Shown here piece after piece: positions 14,297 through 32,083 of a stretch of 64,000 nucleotides of DNA. A program made the translations under genes and the position numbers. Every line of letters begins with the position of its first letter. Position 1 is the first letter of the stretch. The notes under the pieces were generated by a model that ran no database searches, was not told the origin of the DNA, and was given only the letters and a program-made list of their open reading frames with translations. This stretch comes from Tubulanus polymorphus (taxonomy: Eukaryota > Animalia > Nemertea), in the NCBI RefSeq assembly GCF_964204645.1, contig NC_134034.1:3241814-3305813 (forward strand). Direction: 5' to 3'.

Positions 14297-15088
14297 GTTC
14301 GCTAGTTGCTGTCAGTCGATTTCAGCGGATATTTTTTGTCTTCAACTAACTACGCCGATCCCGGATCGCGTTTGTCGTGACGAATGAATATACTATTTCG
14401 TCTAATGCATGTATAATGGAGGGTGAGATAATTGATATGTGTGTTCAGATCACCAACTGTTCAAATACAACGTTTAAGTCGGTATCTCCAGCTTCAGTCC
14501 GAAAAAGTCGGAATTATTTGTAACCTATAGCGGTCTAACGATTCGGACAATATGAGAAATATAAGACTCTGGTGGTATCGTTGCTTACCTAAGTATATTG
14601 TACCAGGGAAACGGTCCCACCTTACTTATTGTACAGAGGGCTTACATTGGTCGAATTGCTACGTGACAATAGAAACACGAGTTCCATTTAACGGGTCATT
14701 CATGATATCTATACAACGAATGCGGGTAATTAGTAACCAGTAGTTATTTCACGTAAAATTTTAAGTCATTTAAGATAGGATATGATAAGTAATACTACGA
14801 TTCAAAATCTTAAAAATGATAAAATGCATGCACAAGTTCAAGGTTATTCATAAATCGATATAAAATCGATTCATATAATATAATATTCCTACTTAGAATA
14901 AGAATCACTCTACGGTAGATATTACGTTTGAAATATTTAAATTCTGGAGTTTTTAATGATGATAATCGATGGATGATAATCGATGGAGTTTTATGAATAC
15001 AGATGGACAGGTGGAAGATGCCCGATATCCCAATTTCATCACTCGTCAAAACGCTATGTCGTAATGTACCTATATCGAGCGAAAAATC

Positions 15089-15364
15089 TGTTTAATAAAC
15101 GCAGTAATTCTAGTGTTGGCCTGTTTCAATAAACGGAGTTACCCTAGTGTTGGCCTGGTGAATAAACGCAGTTACCCTAGTGTTGGCCTGGTGAATAAAC
15201 GTAATTACTCTAGTGTTGGCCTGTTTAATAAACGTAGTAACCATAGTGTTGGCCTGGTGAATAAATGTAGGCCAACACCAGGTTTACGTTTATTCACCAG
15301 GGCAACACTATGGTTACTACGTTTATTAAACAGGCCAACACTAGAGTAACTACGTTTATTAAAC
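15089..15364. repeat. Foldback repeat built from 33-bp units (about 5 forward, about 3 inverted)
   Basis: AATAAACGYAGTWACYCTAGTGTTGGCCTG(G/T)T units followed by their reverse complement. Confidence 0.85.
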
Positions 15365-16059
15365 ATGACCCACCAGGATCCAATAGGTGTCGCTAGTGCG
15401 CAGCAGTGCTGCACTTGATCTTGAAAAAGAGAACGTCCCTGTTTTTTATTTGATTGCGGTAGATTCTGGTTAGATTTCTTTTGTTTCGATTTGGTGGATC
15501 CCCCAACAAACCCACCACGCCTGTCGGGCGCGAGACGGGGATTTGATTCCGGTTTATGTAAATAAAGAAAGGAGACCCAAAAACATACTGGCATACTGAT
15601 AGATTTTCATTCACGGATAGGTTTATCAGTCCTGACAATAACCTGTTCGATAGACACGTACACATCTAGTTTTGTATTCCTTATAGCGCGTGGATACTTT
15701 TCAAACATTGCTACATATCGAAAATAATGTACTTGGTCAATTTCAAAGATATTAATGAATTAGGGAAACCGATGCATTAGGGAAACGGATAATGCATAAA
15801 AATATTTCAGATGCGCGAAATAGATGTGCAAAATATTTTAGATAATCAGTTTCAATCTGAGATCCGAACCGTATAGTCTAGTATCTAGCAGTGTTGTTGA
15901 TGTAATATGAGAATGTGTACATGGTCTGATATTGAGACCTACGAGCAATTATCTAACACTTTGCTCGTAGTTGAGACTAACCGTACCGCGCTGATTAGCC
16001 AGTATATACGTACAATTCGTGGCGTGTAATTAGTGTTTTCTAATGCGGCAAAACGCGCG

Positions 16060-17115
16060 ATGTCGAAAAATGAATCAAAATGCGATGAAAAACTCGAACT
16101 ATCGGATAGGTTCATACAGCGAGTCACATTTCTGCCTTTATTGATAACGTTCGGCATTTTCTTCAACAGTCTCAGTATCGTGATCCTAAAACGACAGTCG
16201 TCGCAGCACAGGTCGCTGTTTCTGCTCAGGGCTTTGGCCGTCGCTGATATTTCTTTTCTCGCCGTCAAATTCTTTAGAGAGTTCCTGCGTCCGTTGCTGA
16301 ATGTATCAGTTTACGGGATATCCCTCCAACGCATCTCATCTCGACATGGTACGAGATTTGCAGGGTTTTATTGGTTGTATTTCGGTATGTTTATCTTCAA
16401 TCGTTCGACGAAGTTGACGAGGAACTGGATAACGGTTCTGATGGCAACAGAACGGGCCGTGAGTCTTAGTTTCCCGCTGGTCGCGCAGGCTCACATCACC
16501 AAACGACGCCTATTAATATGCGTCAGCTTGCAATACGTTTTCTTCGCTTGCTTCGGTCTTTTTTATTTTATGTATATAGGCCATTCATTTTATTGGTTGG
16601 ACGTTTGTACAGGAATTTACATCGCGGTACTCGCCCAAAGACATTTAAATCATACTCAAACCCTCCTTTTGTATTTCGTAGAAGAGATTTTAACAACGAT
16701 TTTCACGAGTCTGATTCCGATGTTATTTCATATAATGCTCAACGTCGTTCTTGTATATTTGCTGAAACGAATCGGTAAAAATAGACAAAATCTCGGCACC
16801 CAAGATTCGAAGTTCAGCAACCTCGATCGAAAAGCTACTAAAATGACGCTCGCTATTGTCATTTTATTCATCATCTTAGAGTTTCCCACATCGGTGTATA
16901 CTTATAAGAATATGCTGGTGTCCATGGGCGTGTCGCAGCCGAGTAGTGAAGTTAGGGATCTGCTAGCGCGTATATCAACTTTTGGGTCTGACGTGATGAC
17001 TCCTTTAGATTCGAGCGTCAACTATTTCCTATATTGTGGGACAAACGACAGATTCAGGGCTGAAGCGATAAAACTATTTAAAAGTTTTGTAAGCAAATTC
17101 CGCTGTTTAAGTTAA
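16060..17115 (+). CDS. Intronless class-A GPCR, paralog 2
   Basis: ATG at 16060 (MSKNESKCD) homologous to paralog 1; same 7TM motifs. Confidence 0.9.
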   Translation: MSKNESKCDEKLELSDRFIQRVTFLPLLITFGIFFNSLSIVILKRQSSQHRSLFLLRALAVADISFLAVKFFREFLRPLLNVSVYGISLQRISSRHGTRFAGFYWLYFGMFIFNRSTKLTRNWITVLMATERAVSLSFPLVAQAHITKRRLLICVSLQYVFFACFGLFYFMYIGHSFYWLDVCTGIYIAVLAQRHLNHTQTLLLYFVEEILTTIFTSLIPMLFHIMLNVVLVYLLKRIGKNRQNLGTQDSKFSNLDRKATKMTLAIVILFIILEFPTSVYTYKNMLVSMGVSQPSSEVRDLLARISTFGSDVMTPLDSSVNYFLYCGTNDRFRAEAIKLFKSFVSKFRCLS

Positions 17116-18402
17116 CAGAGAGCTTTTTCCATTCATTTGAGCCACGATAATTGGCGCTTAAGTGCAACGAGATTCGTTCTTCGAGAATATGTCCGTTAAG
17201 ATAATTGGCACATGAATGACACGGGATCTGTTTTTCTATTCAGCTGCCCACATTACGATTTCAATGCTTGAGTCGTATTTCTGCTAATATCAATCACGAG
17301 ACGGACGGCAAGGGCTTTCTATCATTTTGCGGAAAACTAAAAATAATCACGACAATAATGATAAGGTTTTTTGCCGGTCGGAACGCCCTAGTGTATAATC
17401 ACAAGAACAAAATAGGGTTTGCTGTCGGTCAGTCACAAAAACCCTGATAGAGGCCACGCAAATTCAAAGTTAGCCTGTTTCTCATCAATTTCATTTTCCG
17501 TGCGCGCATTCCGCGTGGAGATATCTGTTTCCGTTTCGCTTGAAAAAAGTAAAACATCTTCACGGTCGCCTCCCAAATGTTACTTTGGCAGGTGAGTATT
17601 TTGGTTTTGCTGTTTATCCTGATTGAAGGTCGTAAATGCCTAAATTTCCCCATTTGAAAAATTGAAAATATTCGCTCTAATCACTTTTTGAATATTGTAA
17701 TAAGGTTTTTTATTTCTCTTTTTTTAAACAGGGAGGTAAAATGAAAGCCTGTCGCCCTCATTGTTAAGAAAAAAGGCTGACGAGAAACAATGGTATTTCT
17801 TTGCGTGGCCTTATCATCACGAGATTTATGTTATTTTTCTATTGATGAATTTACGTGTCTCTCTGATAATCAATGGCAAATATAAAACAATGCAGCGAAA
17901 ATTAGTAGCCGTTTAGATTTCGTTAAGAACCAGTAGTTATCGCGAAGGCCTCGGCTGTTGTTTGCTGTCGACCTGGTGGCTCAGGTGTTGGGGTTCGAAT
18001 CCATGAAAGTTGTGTAAATCCATCCTCTCCGGCAGGGATTCGAACCTGATGGGCTGGCATCGATATTGCCAAGGTACACTCAATCGGGACAGTTCCTCAC
18101 CAGCTTCACTGCGGCAATATCATTTATCAATTTCTCAAGATAACATCAAATAGTCATATTGTTCCTTGAAATCCTACGAGCTGAAATTAACTGAAATTCA
18201 TACCATATTCTCTACACAATACGAAGTGTGGCCATGTATTCCGTTTTGGTGCTTCGTGAAAGTCCCGCGGAGCGTGTAAATCTTTATTTTCTTGTTTTTA
18301 TGTTTTGTAAATTATGAATATTGTTGTATAAATTCTTGTATTCTCTATATACAAATGTACAAATGTTTGGTTAGAGAGAAATAAACCATTCGATCCATTC
18401 TA

Positions 18403-18896
18403 CCGTCTGTCACACCTGCTCTCCGTGCGACATTTTGATCCGGGATTTCGCTAATAATCCTTTTATCTACCTTTGCATCAATTTGTTCAGCGGAGGAATT
18501 CGCATTCAGAAATAAACAAAAAACTCTGCTAGTTGTTTTTGTTCTCATTTATCAGCGATAGTTTACTCAGTATACGTTCGTGTAGTGCTGAAAAACTGCT
18601 CCGCGGACACTCGGAAACGTTGCTATGACGTCATTACCTATTCATTAGCATAGCAAAATACAGTAGGTGGCGCCACGTGACGGGCCATAAAAGCCTTTTT
18701 TCAACATTACGCGAGCGTATGCTAGATAAACTATCGCTGATAGATGAAAACTCAAACAAATTTATGCCAGTTCATGATTTATTTCTGAATGCAAATTCCT
18801 TACTGAACAAATTGATGCATAATATTCACAGATCAATCGATTATTAGCGAAATTACGGACCACAACGTCGTACGGAGAGCATGTGTGGCAGACAGT
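18403..18896. mobile_element. MITE with ~160-bp imperfect TIRs, TA-flanked
   Basis: 18403-18562 is the degenerate reverse complement of 18727-18896. Confidence 0.7.
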
Positions 18897-18933
18897 AATT
18901 GGCCGCTACGTCAAGGCATGTTCACTCCGACAA

Positions 18934-20001
18934 TCACGACACTTTCTCTTGTCTTAAACAGCGACACCTACTTCCAAAACGTTTGAATATTCTTATCGCT
19001 TCAGCCCTGAATCTGTCGTTGGTTCCACAATATACGAAATAATTGACGCACGAATCTAAAGGAGTCAGCAGGTCGGACCCTATAGTTGATACACGCGCTA
19101 GCAGATCCCTAACTTCACTACTCGGCTGCGACACGCCCATGTACACCAGCATATTCTTATAAGTATACATCGAAGTTGGAAACTCTAAGATGATGAATAC
19201 AATGACAATAGCGAGCGTCATCTTAGTTGCTTTTCGATCGAGGTTGCTGAACTTTGACTGTTGGGTGCCGAGATTTTGTCTATTTTTACCAATTCGTTTC
19301 AGCAAATATACAAGAACGACGTTGAGCATTATAAGAAATAACATCGGAATCAGACTCGTGAAAATCGTTGTTAAAACCTCTTCCACGTAATATATAAGAT
19401 GGCTTTGAATATGATTTAATTTTTTTTCGGCCAGTATTGGAACGTAAATTCCTGTACAAACGTCCAACCAATAAAATGAATGGCCTATATACATAAAATA
19501 AAAAAGACCGAAGCAAGCGAAGAAAACGTATTGCAAGCTGACGCATATTAATAGGCGTCGTTTGGTGATGTGAGCCTGCGCCACCAGCGGGAAACTAAGA
19601 CTCACAACCCGTTCTGTTGCCATCAGAACCGTTATCCAGTTCCTCGTAAATTTCGTCGACCGATTGAACGGAAACATAGCAAAATACAACCAATAAAACC
19701 CAGCAAATTTTGGATTATGACGAGTTACGACGCGTTGAAAGGAAATCCCGTAAACCGCTACATTCAGCAACGGACGCAGGAACTCCCGGAAGAATTTGAC
19801 CTCGAGAAAAGAAATATCAGCGACGGCCAAAGCTCTGAGCAGAAACAGCGACCTGTGCTGCGACGACTGTCGCTTTAGGATCACGATACTGAGACTGTTG
19901 AAGAAAATACCAAACGTTATCAATACGGGCAGAACTGTGACTCGCTGTATGAACTTATCCGATATTTCAAGTTTTCCATCGCATTTTGATTCATTTTTCG
20001 A
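18934..20001 (-). CDS. Intronless class-A GPCR, paralog 3 (inverted duplicate of paralog 2)
   Basis: ATG at 20001 (MSKNESKCD); high identity to 16060-17115 including upstream flank. Confidence 0.9.
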   Translation of the reverse strand, partial: SKNESKCDGKLEISDKFIQRVTVLPVLITFGIFFNSLSIVILKRQSSQHRSLFLLRALAVADISFLEVKFFREFLRPLLNVAVYGISFQRVVTRHNPKFAGFYWLYFAMFPFNRSTKFTRNWITVLMATERVVSLSFPLVAQAHITKRRLLICVSLQYVFFACFGLFYFMYIGHSFYWLDVCTGIYVPILAEKKLNHIQSHLIYYVEEVLTTIFTSLIPMLFLIMLNVVLVYLLKRIGKNRQNLGTQQSKFSNLDRKATKMTLAIVIVFIILEFPTSMYTYKNMLVYMGVSQPSSEVRDLLARVSTIGSDLLTPLDSCVNYFVYCGTNDRFRAEAIRIFKRFGSRCRCLRQEKVS

Positions 20002-21108
20002 CATCGCGCGTTTTGCCACATTAGAAAATATCCATTAACGTCACGAATAATACGTATGATGATATGTTTTGGCGAATAAGTCTGAATAGCACGCAGACGA
20101 ATTCCCGACGACAGCAGGAACAGCACTGCTAGATACTAGACTATACCACAGTTCGGATCTTAGATTGGAACTGATTAAATTAACGCGCATCTGAAATTCT
20201 GATGCATTATCCGTTTCCCGATGCATTATCCGTTCATTAGATATTAACTCGATATCCTTTTTGCTGCATTCGACTTAATGTTTGAAATACTAGGATTGAA
20301 TGCACCGCATAATATTTGTCGTCAATACACGATCAGATATGTTTAATGTGTGCATCGAACGGGTTATGATTTTCAGGACCGATTCACTGTCAATTCTATT
20401 CAATTTATTTTGATTCCACGTAAGGTTATACGATATAAAATGATGGAATATGATAAAGTGTATAAACAGCGATGGGTGAAAGCGAAGACAATTTAAATAC
20501 AACAAAGATGCGTTAATGCTTTCAACCATCGTCGATGCTTAAACAATAGCACTTAGGTATTCTACAATATATTTAGTATCATACATTAAATCAATAAATT
20601 TCAATACGTTGAGACGTTGCAAAGGTGATTTGGAATGAATCTTCTTTTCTAAATGAAAAAAAAAAAAAAACTATGCCCAATTTTTGCCGCACGCGTAGAA
20701 ATTCAGGATACTCAAATATCGCTCTTTTGTTGTAAAAGGCAACCCATACACTGCTTGCGTTATCATTAACATTTTTCCAGTCGGAGATGCCACTTTTTCT
20801 GACATTCAGACTTGATATTTCACTGACCAAACTTTTCGTACTTTATAGAGAGTATTCACAAGAGAGTTGCTGAATATAACCCCCATATCTAGCTTTTTGA
20901 CCATTTCTCCAACCATCTTATGTCAGTAAATTATTACAAGCTTATTTATTAATTATTGATTTAAATGGTCATCATAATCGATTTTGAGTACGTATATATT
21001 ATTACATTTCTTTTCTTTTTTCATCCCAATATATTTCTCTTCCCACCCAGTCTCAAACCTTAAAATCCTTATTAGTATCGAAGCCCAGCATTGGCATCTT
21101 TAACGCCT

Positions 21109-21229
<121 letters not shown>

Positions 21230-22763
21230 CATAGATAACGTTATATTCAACCTGAAAATACGAACGATTAAAACCATTTCCGAGGGAAAGTAGATGGTAA
21301 AAAATGAAAAAAAAACTCCCATATACTGAGATATACGATCATCTCACGACCAGCGCATGCGCAGACTATATCTTTCGTTTTCGTGGTTTGCTTACAATTC
21401 TATATCATTCATTTCTGCGCATGCGCAAGTCTCTTGCGGGATAATTAAAATCGTGACTTGCAAACTTCTTAAGAACTATACTTTGATATATTTTTTTTTA
21501 ACGGAATACATGTAAGTGACATCGTCAATCGCAGTCGTCTGAATCAGGACTGGTGCTATTGCGACGTACCTTCTAGAAAATGTATTTCTTCGTATAATCA
21601 TGTATCATCAGGGGGGTCTCGGGAATTAAAAAAATAGCTTTTGTAAACGTTCGAATGAAAATTCGAATGAAGAAAAATAGACGGATAAGTTTAATCTACA
21701 TGCTACAATCAAAGTGCATTTCGAGACGTTTTTAGGGGGTAATTAGCAATTCAAATCAAATGCACTTTATTCATTATTAATGCAGGATTGAACACGGTAA
21801 ATAATTATGAATCGTAACAATAATTTCAATTTTCCCTTGAGCTATGACGGGATTAAAGTCATGATATTTGATCGCAATAATCGAGAGACCAGACCCTTTC
21901 AACCACGCTACGAGCACGCGCCGATTCACATGTAACATTGGGTCGATTAGACTATTGATACGTAGTAGTAATAAAACATGTTCTACTGGAATGAAAACTA
22001 ATCGAGTTAATCCAGCCCTGGTCTTTTGTTGCAACAGTGAGCATCTGTTATCGGCATCGTACGTCCAATCGCTAGGTCGTGAATCTCATTCGGAAGCGAT
22101 TTCCAATTGTGGGTTTTTTTTTCAAAGTTGATCAGCACTGCTAGAAACAATCTGCACCCACTGAAACCAAGGACAAGGTAAATCCAAGGTCCTGAAAACA
22201 ACTTTTTAGGTCCCGAGGCTTAGCTTATCAAGATGTTTTTATTTTCTTCTCTGTTTCGATGAGTGACGTGTACTCCGTTTGTGAGTTAACTCCTACAGTT
22301 CACCTAGCCCCAAACTTCATACGAGCCTCTGTGGTTTTTCTGGCAAAAGTTGTCATAGCCTATGGAACTATAGCAGCGAATTGAAATGTTAAATAAACGG
22401 TGGAACGACCTTGAGATGATCGCGAATCCCAAAAAATAGGCCGCCATTCTACTATCCGTACATTATCGCCCCCTCGTGACATTTAGCCGATATTACACAA
22501 TTTGAATTTACACTTAGACATTTGGACGGTATTATATTATGACATTTTATCGAAGTACTGACAAATAGACGAAACGCTGATTTTTGAAGGGAATTGTCGC
22601 CCATACGCGCTATGTGGTGCGCCAGGTGCAATCGGCCTACCTTATATTGGATGAACGCGGGATCGTTGTGTATCACACCCGGTACACCGTACGGCGTGCT
22701 TCACTTCTTTCATCGAAGGTTCGAGTCGACGAAAATCAAATCGCTTCTTTCGACGCTGCTGCG

Positions 22764-28397
<5,634 letters not shown>

Positions 28398-28435
28398 ACG
28401 GAACAAACGTGTTATGATATCGCTACGCTCTCAGA

Positions 28436-28860
28436 CTCCCCCGGCAGGGATTCGAACCTGATGGCATCGAGATTGCCACGGTACGAAACCCTGCCACGCT
28501 AGACGAGTGCGCAGCTACACCCGCAGCTTAGATGGTGTCATTATTAGCCAATCAGATATCCCGTTTTATTTTAGCCCGGGTTTTCCGTTTATAGTTCTTC
28601 CGCGAAGTTTACCTTAGCGATTATACAACGAACAATCTGATTGGTGCCGCAAGTTTTCGTGCGGCACAGCTGCGCATTCAATTCAATATCTATTTCACGG
28701 AAAAGCAGAACAATAAAATCATAAGAAAGCTAAACAAATTTAAAAGAGAACGAGAAAATAAAACCAATGTACCTGTGCACCCGGTCTAGTGTGGCAGGGG
28801 TTCGTGCCGTGGCTGTGCGTGGCGATGCCATCGGGTTCGAATCCCTGCCGTGGGAGGATG
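28436..28860. mobile_element. MITE with B-box-containing ~75-bp TIRs (family also at 58968-59308, partial at ~18019-18075)
   Basis: CCCCGGCAGGGATTCGAACC... / ...GGTTCGAATCCCTGCCG; interiors of the two full copies align. Confidence 0.8.
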
Positions 28861-29171
28861 ACGTTCTGATCGTAGCACAATTTCTTTCCTGTAACTTTTC
28901 GTCCTTATATTAATATGCCGCTCTAGACTGTTGTTGACTCAAGGGGACAACCTCGACGCTCGGTCTATGAAACCTAAATCGTCTTCAAGATCAGTTCGTT
29001 CAAACCTGACTTGGCAAGTTAAACGAATACAGAAGAGTTACATTTTACAGAGAATCAAAAATCAATGTTCGAAAAGGAAATATATTTAAGACTAATTGAA
29101 TCGAATTGCCGTAAAAGTATAGCTACAATTCGAATGAGTAGCCATATCTTATTAATAGAAACGGGGAGGTG

Positions 29172-29552
29172 CAGGGGTGGTTTCAAGGGGAGCAGGGGGA
29201 GCGCTCCCCCTCAAAATTTCAAGGTGCCTTAAAAATTGTTTTTGAAACTTTTTTTCATTTAAGTAAAGTTTTTTTTATAAAACTAAACCATCCGTAATTG
29301 GGTGTTTCAAAAATATAGTTGATGATTTCCGGTGACTTTCATGGGGGGGGGGGGCGGGGGGCTAGACCACTTTTCCTTTTTTTGTCTCTTATCTTTGGCT
29401 GTTTAATACATGTCTAGGATACAGGATTCGCAAAGGCTCCCAGGTGCCACCAGAAAAGCCAAGATAGCTCTAAAATTGAATCAAATTTAGAAAATTTTCG
29501 GTGTGACGCTTTACCTGCCCCCCTCCATAATTAAACCCTAGATCCACCCCTG
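29172..29552. mobile_element. Unclassified MITE, 381 bp, 6-bp TSD
   Basis: Termini CAGGGGTGG...CCACCCCTG flanked by GAGGTG on both sides. Confidence 0.8.
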
Positions 29553-29723
29553 GAGGTGGCAAAGACCTCCACTCGAGAGACAACAGAGGAACTGTAGATT
29601 TTGCGATGGAACTGACCTTGAAGATGAATATTATCTTATTTCCAAAATGCCCTAGATTTCACGATTTGCGACGGAAATTCATAAAACCTCATTATTATAG
29701 ATACCTATCTGTACATAGATACA

Positions 29724-30720
29724 CAGTAGACTCCGCTCAACTCGAATTCATTGGCACCAGAAAAAAAATCATTGAGTTAAGCGGAATTTGTGTCCGAGGA
29801 CGAATCCCAAACCAACGACAGAATACGCGGACAATTTTTACTGGTTTATTAGAATATAACCGTTAACTGGAATACAAATTATAAACATAAAAGTTTACAG
29901 AATATTGTTGTAATTATCAAAAATCAATTAGACTGAACGGCAACAGAGGAAAATCAACCGACTTACAATTTATTCCGCTTCTTCGTGTAACGAAACATTG
30001 CAGTGACCAAAACGCCACGCAGTCACAAACCCAACTGAACAGAAATGCACGTACAAAATATTAAACCCGGAAATACTCAAACCGTGAAATCAGAATCACA
30101 GCAGCGAAAAGAAACATAGTAATCCAAAAGCTCTGAAGCAACCAGCAAACCCAACGGTCCGAAACAATTGCAGTTGGGGTTTTGACGAAATTTGTGAAAA
30201 AAAAATCGTTGAAAAATTGAAAAACCTCAATAAAACATTCGATCCGACATGGCTTGTTTGACTATCAGATGCAAAATATAAGTACATTCATTTGGCACGA
30301 AGGAAAATGAACGATCATGAACTGCCGCCTACCGCGTTATCGTAGTGAATTTTGTAATAAATAAACGGGCAATAGGCCGTTAATTTTCGGGTATTTAGGA
30401 TCGATTGTAATTAGGAGTTCGTGTACGTACGAATGACTGAATGTCTCCGTCAGCGGTGCTACCGATAGCCTACTAATCAAAGCAGTAAACACGTGCATGT
30501 TTTGACCGATCCTTGTGTTCGCTGCCGGGAGGTCGTCAAGATAGTCGAGTTAACACCGGGGTTTGAACGAAGTTTTGTTAAAAGATAGTCCGAGTTGAAC
30601 GAATATTCGAGTTGAGAAATTAGTAGAGCGAATTTTAAATGTATGGTTTAACATAGGAGACAGAAAAAACTTTCAACATTTGCCGAGTTGAACAGATTTT
30701 CGACTAAATAGGATTCGATA
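29724..30720. mobile_element. Probable decayed pogo/Tc1-like non-autonomous DNA element
   Basis: Left end CAGTAGACTCCGCTCAACTCGAA; repeated CGAGTT(A/G)A motifs near the right end; right TIR incomplete. Confidence 0.4.
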
Positions 30721-32083
30721 CCGTACTCAGTTATTGAGTACACAGAATGAGAACGAATTGCTAAAAGTTAGGTAAATACTGTTTCTTAGGTCTGAAAAGA
30801 ATCCAATCATGTTATATCATATGCTTAATCATATGCTTTTTAAGTTCTTGATTTATATATAAATGTATTAACCCTTTGTACAGCGCGTAGATTATTATTT
30901 TAGTTATGCGCTATATAAGAAATTAATTATTATTATATTATTATTATATCCTCGAAATTACTACTCAACAAATTGACCGGTGCCGATACGGGAACGGCGT
31001 TATATTTTCCGAATTGTATTGTGTCGTGTATCGAAAGTACTGTATTCATAGAAAATTATTGTAACGAAATTGAGGACCACGATGGTCTATTTCATTAAAC
31101 TTAAACTTAATCTTATATAGTTTTCTTCGCGGGATTTAACACCAGGTGAGGCTTTGTAAACGCCTTCCCTGTTGGACTACGAACGACGAAACGACTGTAT
31201 TAGAAGACGTCTAGTTTATTTCTCACCCACAGTATAGGGCTCCAACAGTATAAATACCTGTGTCCAATGATGTGTTAATCACAAACTGCTTTAACGTATA
31301 AAAGAGAATTCATGCTTGAAATGGTATACACTGAATACAGTTAAATCCAGATTATAGTATTACAGTATTCACTATTATAGTATTCACAGGCTTTTCTTGA
31401 TTATTTGGTGAACGGATTCGTCTGCCGGAATTCTGCGAACGAAATCATCAAATAGCTATAAGTCCTCCGTCGGGTTTTCATGAGACTTTTCAAAAAAGAA
31501 TACATTTTTATTTGGTCACGTCCGTCTTTACTTTTAACCGAATGATTTGTGTGTTGAAATGATTCTGTCACTGGGTTCAAAATCTGTAATATCTATCAAA
31601 TGTGTCCAATCCTGTAAATCAATTTTTTGTGAGTATACTAAATAAACCAGTCTAATGCCAACACTGCCGTCTTGTTTGCCTTCTATGCTCCAGCTCTCCC
31701 GTGATTACAATTTGCAAAAATGAATTCTTTTACTTTATTTCTCCGATATTTTGAATTCATTTCATCACGATTTTCGCTGATATAGATTTTTTGTCTACAG
31801 TCCTTCCGAAATTTTATGCTGAACATACCACGAACAACGAAAACGATTTCAAATTCCTCCGCTTTTTCCTTGATCCCTTCCATTTTAAAACGTCAAGGCC
31901 GCGCTCCGAGTAATCAATTAAGAAAAGGCACGTGTAATGACGAAGATTCAAAGTTTATTTTGCTCCATATTATTTTACAAATAAAACAAGGTGGCCAGTA
32001 GACGGCCTAAAAACCAACAAAACTAAGAGTTTTTGATTAAGTCACATTTTCAACGAAATACTTAAATGAATGAATAACATGTT

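Noticed and set aside
7814-20126. Short antisense ORFs overlapping the GPCRs
   Set aside because: Shadow frames of the real coding strand
31683-31883. Small ORF MEGIKEKAEE... as a third cassette gene
   Set aside because: Frame broken in units 2 and 3 and no recognisable motif; may be UTR
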